Positions 47,545 through 57,366 of a stretch of DNA of 64,000 nt are shown piece after piece. Source of the DNA: Flavobacteriales bacterium (GTDB lineage: Bacteria > Bacteroidota > Bacteroidia > Palsa-965); assembly GCA_040377305.1 (NCBI GenBank), contig JBEIPA010000006.1:4177-68176 (forward strand), in the 5' to 3' direction. The number at the start of each line of letters is the position of its first letter. Within the stretch, counting starts at the first letter, position 1. The position numbers and the translations under genes were made by a program. The notes beneath the pieces were generated by a model, which saw nothing but the letters and a program-made list of their open reading frames with translations, searched no databases and had not been told where the DNA came from.

Positions 47545-48843
47545 ATGAAGAAGTTCATGCTGAGTATCGTTTTGCTGTTCGTCGCCTTCACTGCGAATGC
47601 ACAAAACCTTATTCCAAATCCAGGCTTCGAAACGTACACACAAGTGCCGTGCGCATGTATGCAAGGCAGCTTGTCGTCATACGTTACGGGATGGGAGAAC
47701 GCAGCTTCCGGTACACCAGATTTTATTTCGACAGAATCAAATCCTGCATGTTACGCTGCTGCTGTTTCAAATCACTGGGACAGTTACGGTCACGAACAAC
47801 CACACAGCGGAAAAGGAATGGGCATGATCATGACTTCGGGTCATGGCGGAACGTATCGCGAATATCTCGGAGTAACCTTGACGAAGCCACTTGTGAAAGG
47901 AACAAAATACTACGCGGAGTTTTATGTTTCCCTGGGTGACTTCTGCGGAGTTGCAACAAACAACATGGGAATGTTATTCAAGACGGGAACATTCTCTTCT
48001 GAGCCGAGTTACATTATCACAGGCGATCCGCAAGTCAACACAAAGACTGTGATTGATCAGACAGAAGGTTGGTACAAAGTGAGCGGGACTTTTGTTGCTG
48101 CAGACAACTACACGCATGTGATCATCGGAAACTTTTTCACGCATGCAAACACAACGGTGAAAGTACTGCCTCAGCCGGAATTTATTGAATCACCGCACAC
48201 GTATCGCCCGGGCATGGGTGCCTATTTCATTGACGACTTTATGTTGAATGAAGCTAAGTTTGATGTTGCTGTTACCGGCGATACGCTCGTGTATGCCGGA
48301 ACTACTTCGACAATAATTGCAAAAGGCGGAACAACGTACACCTGGTATGATGCAGAACGTCCGGATATAGTTATCGGCAACGGAGATGAATTGAAAGTGA
48401 CCATGAACAAGAAACGTACGTTCATTGTGCGCAGCGAAGGAGATAGTGCTCTGATTACGGTGAACGTTCGCAAACCGGCTTCAGCCTACATGAGCGAACT
48501 CAACGGACGTAAGGTTCGCAAAGGACGCAACATTGAAATACACAGCGATGAAATCACCATACAGATCTTCGACAAGAATGAAGTGGATGGTGATAGTATT
48601 TCACTGTACTATGGCGATTCACTGATTGTAGAACACCTCGCCATTACGCACAAGAAAGTTTCGTTCACGATCAAGATGGATAAATCGGGGCCAAAACAGA
48701 TTGTACTTTTTGCTGAGAATCAAGGATCCGTTCCTCCGAACACGGCGTGCATCATTATCAAAGACGGACGCAGCAGCACAGAAGTTGTACTGCAGTCGGA
48801 TTTCAAGTACTGTGATTCGGTGATGTTGACTTATAAGGAGTAA
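47545..48843 (+). CDS. secreted hypothetical protein with N-terminal CBM-like domain
   Basis: ATG at 47545 gives MKKFMLSIVLLFVAFTANAQ. NLIPNPGFE...W motif common in Bacteroidota surface proteins. Confidence 0.5.
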   Translation: MKKFMLSIVLLFVAFTANAQNLIPNPGFETYTQVPCACMQGSLSSYVTGWENAASGTPDFISTESNPACYAAAVSNHWDSYGHEQPHSGKGMGMIMTSGHGGTYREYLGVTLTKPLVKGTKYYAEFYVSLGDFCGVATNNMGMLFKTGTFSSEPSYIITGDPQVNTKTVIDQTEGWYKVSGTFVAADNYTHVIIGNFFTHANTTVKVLPQPEFIESPHTYRPGMGAYFIDDFMLNEAKFDVAVTGDTLVYAGTTSTIIAKGGTTYTWYDAERPDIVIGNGDELKVTMNKKRTFIVRSEGDSALITVNVRKPASAYMSELNGRKVRKGRNIEIHSDEITIQIFDKNEVDGDSISLYYGDSLIVEHLAITHKKVSFTIKMDKSGPKQIVLFAENQGSVPPNTACIIIKDGRSSTEVVLQSDFKYCDSVMLTYKE

Positions 48844-48924
48844 GTCTAAGTTTTTAAGTAGGCGAGTCACATGAATCTTCTCCTCCTTGCCTACTTAACT
48901 CCTTTATACCTTAAGGACTTCTTC

Positions 48925-49173
48925 TCACTTCCACATCGCTTTCCACTCGCGGTAAAAAGCTGCAATCTTTTTTCTGAAAAGCAGGAAGAGAAGAATGTAA
49001 GGCAACACCATCAGATACAGAATAGCGTTGTTGATTCCACCGCTCACCGAATGACCATCGTGACTTCCGGTTTCTGCAACGGCTTTACACATCGCACATT
49101 GTGCATCAGCGCTCAGAGAAAACAGGAGCGTGAAGATGACAAGGAAAAAGAGGATGCGGTGCGTGTTTTTCAC
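48925..49173 (-). CDS. small membrane protein (82 aa)
   Basis: Signal/TM MKNTHRILFFLVIFTLLFSLSADAQ, a CAMC motif, and a second TM. Confidence 0.35.
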   Translation of the reverse strand: MKNTHRILFFLVIFTLLFSLSADAQCAMCKAVAETGSHDGHSVSGGINNAILYLMVLPYILLFLLFRKKIAAFYREWKAMWK

Positions 49174-49200
49174 GAGACAAATTTACGGATTTTTTACCCG

Positions 49201-49371
49201 GCTCCTGACGAGAAATTCAACCCTTTCAGGGTTGGGGTTTCACGCGTTACAGATTGGTTACCGTAATTAAAGCCCTTCAGGCTTCGCGATATTGAGAACT
49301 CCGAAGGAGTATAATTACGGTAACCAACACCGTGAGACACAAGCCCCAACCCTGAAAGGGTTGAATTTTCT
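49201..49371. repeat. MITE-like element: ~58-bp inverted arms with internal palindromes, flanked by tacccg direct repeats
   Basis: Arms 49212-49269 and 49312-49370. Each arm contains caaccct(ttc/gaa)agggttg. tacccg occurs at 49195-49200 and 49372-49377. Confidence 0.5.
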
Positions 49372-49960
49372 ACCCGTAATACGGGGCGATCATCAGATAC
49401 AAAATCGGTCCCGTCAGACTCACGTAAAACCAGATCGGCCAGGTGATTCTGCCCAGCTTTTTGTGCTTCGGGTATTCTGAAATCATCCCACGATAAGCGG
49501 TGTACAGAATGAACGGAAGAATGATTCCCGCGAGGAAAATGTGCGTGAGCAAAATGATGAGGTAAATGCCACGAGAAGCTGAAACCGCGGTGCGCTCTGC
49601 ATCATCGAGAATTCCATTGTGATCTGAATCGCCGTAAACCGTATCGCCGGTTAAAAGGTGGTGAATGATATAAGACACCAGAAACAAAATCGAAAGCACC
49701 ATCGCGTACATCATCGTCTTTTTGTGTGCGATGTACTTCTTCTGGCGGACGAAAATCAACGCAACGACGAGAAGAATTGTGACTATGGAATTGACGACTG
49801 CGTTGAACGCTGCGAAAATGTGTTCGTCGAATCCGAGATCAACGCGCAACTGAATTCTGCTCAGCGAAAGAATGATGCCAAACACCACAATGGAAAATGC
49901 GATGATGAGCAAATGTGCTTTCTTGTCGTTTTTCTGAAGTGACTGCTGCGGATAGCTCAT
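49370..49960 (-). CDS. DUF420 membrane protein (cytochrome oxidase-associated)
   Basis: Four TM helices, located in the cox accessory cluster. Confidence 0.6.
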   Translation of the reverse strand: MSYPQQSLQKNDKKAHLLIIAFSIVVFGIILSLSRIQLRVDLGFDEHIFAAFNAVVNSIVTILLVVALIFVRQKKYIAHKKTMMYAMVLSILFLVSYIIHHLLTGDTVYGDSDHNGILDDAERTAVSASRGIYLIILLTHIFLAGIILPFILYTAYRGMISEYPKHKKLGRITWPIWFYVSLTGPILYLMIAPYYG

Positions 49961-50682
49961 TTTTCGTTGATGAGAATATGAATGTCTTCAATCAGCATAC
50001 GCACCTGCGCTGTGTCGGTTCCGCCATAGTAACCGCGAATAATGGAATTGCGGTCTACCAGTACAATCTGATCGCTGTGAATGAAATCTTCTTCTCCTCC
50101 GTCACCCGGCTCAATATCCGGAAGCTGATAACCGTAGCGAATAAGATCGTACAGCTTTTTCTTGTCGCCTGTAACGAGCGTCCACTGTGTTGAATCGCAG
50201 CCAAAACGTTTGCAGTAATTCTTCAGCGCAGTTGTTGAGTCGCGATCCGGATCTACCGAATACGAAACAAGATTCACATTGCTGTTACCCGAAAACTCTT
50301 TCTGCACCATCGCCATATGATTTGAAATCACGGGACAAATTCCTTCGCAGCTCGTGAAGAACAATTGAACAACAGAAATATTGCCCTTCAGCTCAGCAGT
50401 AGAAAACGTGTTTCCATCCTGATTGATAAACGTTTCGACCGGAACAATTTTAAAAAGTGTGTCTCCGTTTTCGATGCCGTCGTAATACTTTGCAAGACGT
50501 GGAACACCCGTTACGTAAGAACGGTCGTCGCCAATTGTTTCAGGCCCACAAGAAAAAGTAAACAGTGGCAGTAGCAGTAGCAGCAAACTGCTCCACTGAC
50601 TGCTACTGCCACTGCTACTGCTACTTTTTATCACGGTTCTGTTCAACTGTAGATTCTTCAATGGTCTGCGCACCTTCATCAC
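49957..50682 (-). CDS. SCO1/SenC copper chaperone (thioredoxin fold)
   Basis: CEGICPV (CxxxCP) motif. The N-terminus is encoded by the CAGTAG-repeat hairpin and overlaps the upstream gene by 62 nt. Confidence 0.8.
   Translation of the reverse strand: MMKVRRPLKNLQLNRTVIKSSSSSGSSSQWSSLLLLLLPLFTFSCGPETIGDDRSYVTGVPRLAKYYDGIENGDTLFKIVPVETFINQDGNTFSTAELKGNISVVQLFFTSCEGICPVISNHMAMVQKEFSGNSNVNLVSYSVDPDRDSTTALKNYCKRFGCDSTQWTLVTGDKKKLYDLIRYGYQLPDIEPGDGGEEDFIHSDQIVLVDRNSIIRGYYGGTDTAQVRMLIEDIHILINEK
50556..50629. repeat. CAGTAGCAG / CTGCTACTG repeat hairpin inside the SCO1 5' end
   Basis: aaaagtaaacagtggcagtagcagtagcag versus ctgctactgccactgctactgctacttttt. Confidence 0.6.
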
Positions 50683-51295
50683 GCAATAAAACGTGATTCA
50701 CATCTTCCTTCATCTTCTTCAGATCGGCGGCGTAACGAATATTATAGTAACCGCGAATTCTTCCGAGACGATCAATCAGCACGGCATCTGTTTCAGTCTG
50801 CCAGGGATCGCGTTTGCGGGATGCGTCTGCCACGTAAAAATCAGCACGCACCTTTTCAAATTGTTGCGGAGTAAGAAATACCGTGTACGAAGTGTCGACT
50901 CCAAGTCCTAAATCTTTTCCGATATCGGGTGCATTCAGTGGAGTTTGTCCAACAGAATCTCCGTGCATAAAGAAAACAAATCGGGCATACCCGTACGTGT
51001 TCCTCTTGTGCAGAATGTCTTCGGCAAAAATCGGCAGCATCGTTTTCAGGCTATCCGGCGGAAGAAACACGGCAACGTATAAACGTCCGTCGAGCTTCGT
51101 CGCTGATGAAAAAGAAAGACCTCCAGTTGTTGAACAACTGAAGGCCGGTATAGTGTAATACGTCGTGTCTTTCCCTTGTGCGGTGCGTGGACCGTATATA
51201 GGAGCTTTAATTACTTTAGGAATTCCCAGTGCGAAATAAACGTAAACTATTGCAGGGAAAAATAGTATTCCTAAAAGAATTGCGGCTTTCTTCAT
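50621..51295 (-). CDS. SCO-like thioredoxin-fold protein lacking the CxxxC motif
   Basis: Signal/TM MKKAAILLGILFFPAIVYVYFALG. Same fold pattern as SCO1 but FMHGDSVGQ replaces the cysteines. Confidence 0.4.
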   Translation of the reverse strand: MKKAAILLGILFFPAIVYVYFALGIPKVIKAPIYGPRTAQGKDTTYYTIPAFSCSTTGGLSFSSATKLDGRLYVAVFLPPDSLKTMLPIFAEDILHKRNTYGYARFVFFMHGDSVGQTPLNAPDIGKDLGLGVDTSYTVFLTPQQFEKVRADFYVADASRKRDPWQTETDAVLIDRLGRIRGYYNIRYAADLKKMKEDVNHVLLRDEGAQTIEESTVEQNRDKK

Positions 51296-51297
51296 TC

Positions 51298-51747
51298 CTA
51301 GTGATGCACCTCTGCACCTTCAACTGCACTCGTAGGAGTCTGTCCTGTTGTTCCGGTCTGACCATTAGTCGATCCCGTTCCGTTCAGACGGTGTTCCTTT
51401 ACGTAATTTCCTTCTCCAATCGTCATCATGATAATCAGATAACCAATGAACACGGCGTAAGGAATTAGAATTACCCACTTCGTCCATTTGTTCTCTTCGC
51501 CAAGGTGCATAAACACCATTACGATATAAGCTGCTTTCAAAAGTGTGAACCCGATGAAGAAGAATTTCAGGAAGGTCTTGCCCAGGTTCCAATCAGCTGC
51601 GTAAAGACCAACGATAACTTCTACGAGAGTTACAGCCAGAAGAAGCCAGAATACTCTCCAAAGTTTTTTGCGAATCTTCTTTCCTGTGGCTTCGTCGTGG
51701 TGAGCGAGTCCTTCGTAATCCGGATATACGTCGTTAAATTCTGACAT
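51298..51747 (-). CDS. cytochrome c oxidase subunit IV family protein
   Basis: KKLWRVFWLLLAVTLVEV and three TM helices. Confidence 0.65.
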   Translation of the reverse strand: MSEFNDVYPDYEGLAHHDEATGKKIRKKLWRVFWLLLAVTLVEVIVGLYAADWNLGKTFLKFFFIGFTLLKAAYIVMVFMHLGEENKWTKWVILIPYAVFIGYLIIMMTIGEGNYVKEHRLNGTGSTNGQTGTTGQTPTSAVEGAEVHH

Positions 51748-51765
51748 AAGAATATTTATTTCTGA

Positions 51766-52587
51766 TTAAAGAAGATAGAAGAAGGTAAATACGAATACCC
51801 AAACGAGATCGACAAAGTGCCAGTAGAGACCAACTTTCTCAACCATCTCGTAGTGACCAACGCGTTTCATGTACCCGTTCAACGCCATGAGGAAGATGCA
51901 CAGGTTAATGATTACTCCGGAGAATACGTGGAAACCGTGGAAGCCCGTAATGAAGAAGAAGAAGTTTGCAAAAGCGGTTTGTCCGTACTCGTTGTACTGG
52001 AGATTCGCTCCTTTGAAAACTTCACCTTTCGCAAGTATGTCAGCCGATTCAGTTGCAGAAAGCTTTACGCCATGCGACCAAAGAATTGTTTTGTCCGGCA
52101 CGTGTGTTTCATGGTTGACATCGAAGGTGTAAATTTCCTTGTTGTAGAGAATCGCCCCGTCGTCTGAACCAACGATGAAGTTTGTCCACTCCCACGCTTG
52201 TGATCCTACGAACATAAGTCCGCCGATAATGGTGAGGAACATCCAGATGAGAACTCCTTTTCGATTATTCCGGTGACCGGCTTCTACTGCAAGTACCATG
52301 GTTACCGACGACATGATGAGGATGAAGGTCATGAGACCCACGTACATCAATGGAAGGTGCATTCCGTGAAGGAACGGGAAGTGATGGAACACCGCCTGTG
52401 GGTCAGGCCAATCGCCTGCGAAGTTGTGTCGGAAAAATCCATACGCACAGAGGAAGCCTGAGAATGTCAGGGCATCTGATACGAGGAAAAACCACATGAA
52501 AAGCTTACCGTAACTCGTGCGCATCGGAGACATTCCGCCATCCCATGATGCGTACTTTGCGTCGAGTTCTGCAGTTGAACCTGCCAT
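51766..52587 (-). CDS. heme-copper oxidase subunit III
   Basis: Seven-TM protein with subunit III His-rich loops (HGFHV, HFVDLVW). Confidence 0.8.
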   Translation of the reverse strand: MAGSTAELDAKYASWDGGMSPMRTSYGKLFMWFFLVSDALTFSGFLCAYGFFRHNFAGDWPDPQAVFHHFPFLHGMHLPLMYVGLMTFILIMSSVTMVLAVEAGHRNNRKGVLIWMFLTIIGGLMFVGSQAWEWTNFIVGSDDGAILYNKEIYTFDVNHETHVPDKTILWSHGVKLSATESADILAKGEVFKGANLQYNEYGQTAFANFFFFITGFHGFHVFSGVIINLCIFLMALNGYMKRVGHYEMVEKVGLYWHFVDLVWVFVFTFFYLL

Positions 52588-52643
52588 AATCTGAAATGTA
52601 TTTAGTGGTGACTGGTGTTCGCTGTTTTAACAGCGGTGCAAGT

Positions 52644-53243
52644 TTACTTAAAAAGTGTCAAAAACAGGAACAAATATATCCATAATGCCCCCATAAAATG
52701 CCAGTAAATCGATGCGAGTTTTACCCCGTGGATGTTAGCAGAATGATATTTGCCCATGAATCCCTTGATCAGGGTGATAAATAGCGAGATTAATCCGCCA
52801 AACACGTGGAGCAAGTGAATGCCACTCAACACATAAATAAATGATCCGGAAATGAGTGCTCCCTGACCGTCTGAAGGCGACAGGAAAATTCCATTGCGCA
52901 CGAGTTCCTTCCACCCAAGCCATTGAAAAAGAGCGAACAGGAATCCGAACAAAAGCGTTGCTCCCATCATGGCATTTCCTAGTCCCTTTTTGTTCTGCAC
53001 GTACGCCCACTGCGATACGATCATGAATACACTGCTGAACAAAATCACCGCCGAGCTGACCCAGAATTCGGAAGGGAGATTGATGCTAAACCATGCACCG
53101 CCATCGTGACGAACAACATACGCGCTGGTCAAACCGCCGAAGAGCATGACGATTGCGAACAAAGAAAGTCGCACGAGATTTCTCTCTGCTTTCTCTTGTA
53201 CTTTCCGCTCTTCTCCTGAAATTTTCATTGTGATTGTAGCCAT
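52644..53243 (-). CDS. heme-copper oxidase subunit III family protein (short form)
   Basis: Five TM helices. HVFGG, HFMGALWIY motifs. Confidence 0.65.
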   Translation of the reverse strand: MATITMKISGEERKVQEKAERNLVRLSLFAIVMLFGGLTSAYVVRHDGGAWFSINLPSEFWVSSAVILFSSVFMIVSQWAYVQNKKGLGNAMMGATLLFGFLFALFQWLGWKELVRNGIFLSPSDGQGALISGSFIYVLSGIHLLHVFGGLISLFITLIKGFMGKYHSANIHGVKLASIYWHFMGALWIYLFLFLTLFK

Positions 53244-53245
53244 TT

Positions 53246-54151
53246 TTATCCGAACAAATAAGCCAGCTGTACTACCGGCAGGTATATGAATGAGCCAAAC
53301 ATCAATTTGGATGCGGCCTTTATTTCAAGTGTTGAATACAGTTTCCACGACTGGTAAAAGAAGAAAATTCCACAAAGCAGAACGATGATGATGCCTACAA
53401 GTCCTGTCATATTATAAAAGTACGGAAGCAAACTCATCGGAATCAAAAACATGGCGTAAACCATCACCTGAAATGCACTGCCTTTGTCGCGCTCTTTCGT
53501 TGGTAAAAGACGGAATCCAGCTTTTCGGTAATCGTCATCTACTACCCAGGCAATTGCCCAGAAGTGCGGGAACTGCCACATGAATTGTACCGCGAAAAGC
53601 AACAGGGCGTTTGTTCCAACGAACCCGAATCCTTCTGTAGCGGCAACCCATCCTAACATAGGAGGAACCGCACCCGGAAATGCACCAACGAGAACAGCCC
53701 ACGGCGTAATTCTCTTGAGCGGAGTATATGCGAAAACGTACAGCAATAATGCGACAACACTGAGGATTGCGCTGAGCGGATTCACAAAATACAAGAGCAA
53801 TCCGGCACCGAGGATGGCACAAATTGTAGCGACAACTAAACCTTCTGTAACCGACATTCTTCCGGTGGGAATAGGTCGTGTTGAAGTGCGCGGCATGAGT
53901 TTATCGTACTCCCGTTCAATGACCTGATTGTATCCGTTCGAAGCACCGGTTACCAGGAATCCACCCAAGAATAACATGGTCATTTCCAGCCAGTTGATAG
54001 CAACCTGAAGCTCTTCAATGGCAATTACGTAACCGATAATAGCGGAGAAAACGACGAGGGCGGAAAGTCGGAGCTTTGTAAACTGAGCGTAATCTGTGAC
54101 TTTCCCCATAAACCCGGCTGGTTTGGCAATATGTAAAGCGGTTTCCGGCAA
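53246..54151 (-). CDS. cyoE: protoheme IX farnesyltransferase (heme o synthase)
   Basis: UbiA prenyltransferase motifs N.Y.D...D..M.RT..RP and 8-9 TM segments. Confidence 0.85.
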   Translation of the reverse strand: MPETALHIAKPAGFMGKVTDYAQFTKLRLSALVVFSAIIGYVIAIEELQVAINWLEMTMLFLGGFLVTGASNGYNQVIEREYDKLMPRTSTRPIPTGRMSVTEGLVVATICAILGAGLLLYFVNPLSAILSVVALLLYVFAYTPLKRITPWAVLVGAFPGAVPPMLGWVAATEGFGFVGTNALLLFAVQFMWQFPHFWAIAWVVDDDYRKAGFRLLPTKERDKGSAFQVMVYAMFLIPMSLLPYFYNMTGLVGIIIVLLCGIFFFYQSWKLYSTLEIKAASKLMFGSFIYLPVVQLAYLFG

Positions 54152-54315
54152 GCGTGCAAAGGTAACACTCAGGAACGCTGGAATGTTCTCTTAAATAGAA
54201 ATATTCTGCTCCGCTTGAGACCCGGAAATGATGTGCCGACCCTTCGACAAGCTCAGGACAAGTATGCAAATGTGCAGATATGCCGATGGTGTTTGGTGTT
54301 AGCTGCTAGTAAATC

Positions 54316-54458
54316 CTTTGCGGTCCTTTGCGGCTTGGCGTCTTTGTAGTTAATGACCATCAAGATCTCGGGGACGGGAGAAAAATGTTGGAATAACTCT
54401 TTGCGGTCCTTTGCGGCTTGGCGCCTTTGTAGTAAATGACCACGAAGATCGCGGGCCC
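54316..54458. repeat. two tandem ~58-bp repeat units with 83-bp period
   Basis: ctttgcggtcctttgcggcttggcg(t/c)ctttgtagt(t/a)aatgacca(t/c)(c/g)aagatc(t/g)cggg at 54316-54374 and 54399-54458. Each unit contains the internal direct repeat ctttgcgg. Confidence 0.75.
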
Positions 54459-54501
54459 TCACGACAAAGCCTCAATCCCCGTTCTCAGAATTCAGAAAAA
54501 T

Positions 54502-56136
54502 CTAGTAATCGTCCTGCGCCCGGAACAGTGGCAAACACAATCCCACCATCACAAACGACGACTTCAACTTGTGATTGATGAGCTTCGTTTTCTCCGAACG
54601 TGCAATTGCAGTCAACTGCACACGCAACGGAAAACTGGTGTTGAACACATACGACGCATTAATCTTCGCAAGGAAAATATTCGTCGCGTATCCCTGGAAA
54701 ACTTTGTTGCCATAGTCAAACTCGCGATCGCGGTAAGACTGAAAAACATTCTGCCCGTAATTCATCGTGTCGTTTACATCGCGACCGTAACGCACACCAA
54801 CGAGCTGACCGGTTACAGTCAATCCTTTTACGTTGTACGAAAGCAATCCCATCACTTCCGCAAAGTTCGCTCCCATAGGATGTGCAAGAGGCTGCGGTCC
54901 GTGCGAATAACTCTGCTGCGGACTCCCATGCGAATACGTGTACGGGCGAACAACATTCACTTCCATCTGCATGAAAAGATTGTCGATCATCCCGAAGTTG
55001 AAACACTTGTAACCAACTTGCGCGCCTTGTTTATTCGCCCACCAGCCTGCACTCCAGCTCCTGATTTCCTTCAGATAAAATTCATCCAGAATAATCTGTC
55101 CGTACAATAAGTTGTTGCGGTTGAAACGAATTTTTCCCGCGATACCAAGCATGGCATTGTCGGAAGATCCGAGCGAATATTCTACCGGACGAAAGAACAC
55201 CATCGGATTCAGATAGTTCGCATCAAACCAACGTTGACGATTCGAGTCTGTTCCCTGCCAAACAATTCCTTCGAAGACAGAAATGTTCAGCCACTTTGCT
55301 GCGTTGAAACTGAGGTAATGAAACGATGCAAATTTGCTTCTGTAATCTTTGTTGCTGCCGCTAGACATGGTCCAATCCTGCAACCACGCGAACAAAGAAG
55401 TGTATTGCAGTTTCCAGACTGTAGTTTGCGCTTTGATGTATGGATAAGCTGCGCCCTGATCTCCAAGAAATAGCGAACGGTTTCCATCGCCCCAGAAATG
55501 TTTATCGCGACCCACCTGCAAATTAAAAACAGGCGTTGGACGCCAGATGATATTTCCGGAGAGGTGCTGGAATCCATACTTCCCGGATGAGTCAAGCATG
55601 TACGCACGATCACCCCAGCCCGGGACAAATCCCGAAGTGGAAGCGAGTGAATCCTGATAGTTGGGCAAAACAGTAATCCCGCTTACTAAACGTGCTTCGT
55701 ATCCGAGCTTCATGTTGAAGTCGCCGGAGAGCGCAACACCTGCAGCAGTAGTCAAGAGCATACGACTTGCTTTGAGATCGTAGCCTGCACGCAAATCGTA
55801 AATAGGACGGATTGCAAATTCTGCTGAGTGATCAAGCCTCGCTGCAGAAACGTAATTGTAATTCGGCGAACCTTTGCTGTACACCGATTGCATGCTTAGG
55901 CGTGGCGGAACAATGATCGGTTTTGAGGGGCGAATCTCAGAGTCAATCCGGCGAACTGTATCTGCAGGAATTACATCCATGTCAACATACGGCTTAACCG
56001 CACTGTGCCGCGTTTGCTGAATCGCACTATCACGACCAGTCGGTACGCTGCTGTTCATCCACAAAGTATGCTGTGCAGATGCAGTTGTAGTGATCAGGAA
56101 AAATACGGGAAAGATGAGGAGACGGAAACTGCGCAT
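54502..56136 (-). CDS. Wzi-like capsule-assembly outer-membrane protein family member
   Basis: ATG at 56136 gives MRSFRLLIFPVFFLITTTASAQ. It shares GRDKHFWGDGNRSLFLGD...AYPY and C-terminal blocks with its paralog at 57367..59079. Confidence 0.5.
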   Translation of the reverse strand: MRSFRLLIFPVFFLITTTASAQHTLWMNSSVPTGRDSAIQQTRHSAVKPYVDMDVIPADTVRRIDSEIRPSKPIIVPPRLSMQSVYSKGSPNYNYVSAARLDHSAEFAIRPIYDLRAGYDLKASRMLLTTAAGVALSGDFNMKLGYEARLVSGITVLPNYQDSLASTSGFVPGWGDRAYMLDSSGKYGFQHLSGNIIWRPTPVFNLQVGRDKHFWGDGNRSLFLGDQGAAYPYIKAQTTVWKLQYTSLFAWLQDWTMSSGSNKDYRSKFASFHYLSFNAAKWLNISVFEGIVWQGTDSNRQRWFDANYLNPMVFFRPVEYSLGSSDNAMLGIAGKIRFNRNNLLYGQIILDEFYLKEIRSWSAGWWANKQGAQVGYKCFNFGMIDNLFMQMEVNVVRPYTYSHGSPQQSYSHGPQPLAHPMGANFAEVMGLLSYNVKGLTVTGQLVGVRYGRDVNDTMNYGQNVFQSYRDREFDYGNKVFQGYATNIFLAKINASYVFNTSFPLRVQLTAIARSEKTKLINHKLKSSFVMVGLCLPLFRAQDDY

Positions 56137-56168
56137 TGCGCGCTGAATGCTGCGTACTGCGTACTGCA

Positions 56169-57323
56169 TCAAGCTGCTGCTTCGTTGAGATGACGGGTTT
56201 TTCCGCCCGGTTTCTGTTTCGCCGTATGTGCGCGCTTGAGCATCCATGGTATGAATGTAAGCATCAGAACTGTTCCTCCGGTAACAATGAAAGACATCGT
56301 AACATTCATCGTCAGACTGGTAACAATTGCCAATCCAATCAATGCAATGTTCGCAGCGTAAATCCAGATTACGGTTTTAGCATGACCCATTCCGCTGTCG
56401 ATCAGCAAATGGTGCAAGTGATTTCTGTCGGCAGAGAATGGAGAAACTCCACGCAATGCACGGTGACCGAAAATGCGAAGTGTGTCTGTTAACGGATAGG
56501 CAAGTACGGCCATTCCAACAACAGGATTCAACAGTGGTCTGATCCACGCAGGAGTTGTTGCAGTCGGCGTGTACTCAATGAATGTGATCACCAGAACGCT
56601 CATGATGAGTCCGATGCTGAGTGAACCGGAGTCGCCCATGAAAATTTTCGCGGGATTAAAGTTGAAAACGAGGAACGCTGCAAGTGCGCCTGTTAATGAG
56701 AACGCAAGTACAGCCGGGACAAGTTGATCCGTGAATGCAAACGCAACACCAAGCGTAGCAGCGCCAATCAATCCAACGCCCGATGCAAGTCCGTCTACGC
56801 CATCAATAAGATTGTATGCGTTGACAACAACGATGAATGCAAACAAGGAAAGGAAAATACTTGCCCAAAGCGGAATGTCCTGAATGCCGAATAATCCGTG
56901 CATGCTGCGGATGCGGGTTTCTGCCATTAAGACGAGAATCATTCCGACAATCACGTGCGCTGCGAGTTTCTTGATTGGTGCTGTTCCAATGATATCGTCT
57001 TTAATGCCGACGAAGAACATGATGATGAGTGTTGCCACTACAAACTGGAACAAACGAATTCCGTCCTGACCAACTTCTGCTTCCGACTTATCGAAAGGGA
57101 ACCACAGTGAACAGGCGAAAAGAGTTGCCGCAAAAATGATGATGCCGCCGATGGTCGGAACAACCCGCTTGTGAAGTTTCCGGGCATCCCCAGGCTCATC
57201 AAACAGACGCTTCAGGAACGCGACCTTGATTAAGGACGGCGTAGCCAGCAAAACCACTAAAAAAGCCGTAATTCCGGCTAAAATGAGGTGTGTCATCGGT
57301 GTGAGCATAGTCGCAATTAACAA
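56169..57323 (-). CDS. UDP-HexNAc:undecaprenyl-phosphate HexNAc-1-phosphate transferase (WecA/MraY family, GT4 family)
   Basis: RKLHKRVVPTIGGIII and VNAYNLIDGVDGLASG signature. 10-11 TM segments. Confidence 0.85.
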   Translation of the reverse strand: MLIATMLTPMTHLILAGITAFLVVLLATPSLIKVAFLKRLFDEPGDARKLHKRVVPTIGGIIIFAATLFACSLWFPFDKSEAEVGQDGIRLFQFVVATLIIMFFVGIKDDIIGTAPIKKLAAHVIVGMILVLMAETRIRSMHGLFGIQDIPLWASIFLSLFAFIVVVNAYNLIDGVDGLASGVGLIGAATLGVAFAFTDQLVPAVLAFSLTGALAAFLVFNFNPAKIFMGDSGSLSIGLIMSVLVITFIEYTPTATTPAWIRPLLNPVVGMAVLAYPLTDTLRIFGHRALRGVSPFSADRNHLHHLLIDSGMGHAKTVIWIYAANIALIGLAIVTSLTMNVTMSFIVTGGTVLMLTFIPWMLKRAHTAKQKPGGKTRHLNEAAA

Positions 57324-57366
57324 GCAACCAACAGGTTATGAACAGGTTGCTGACAAAGGTAATGAT

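Noticed and set aside
54436-55110. 224-aa plus-strand ORF
   Set aside because: Antisense to the Wzi-like gene, which has paralog support. Arg/His-rich nonsense translation.
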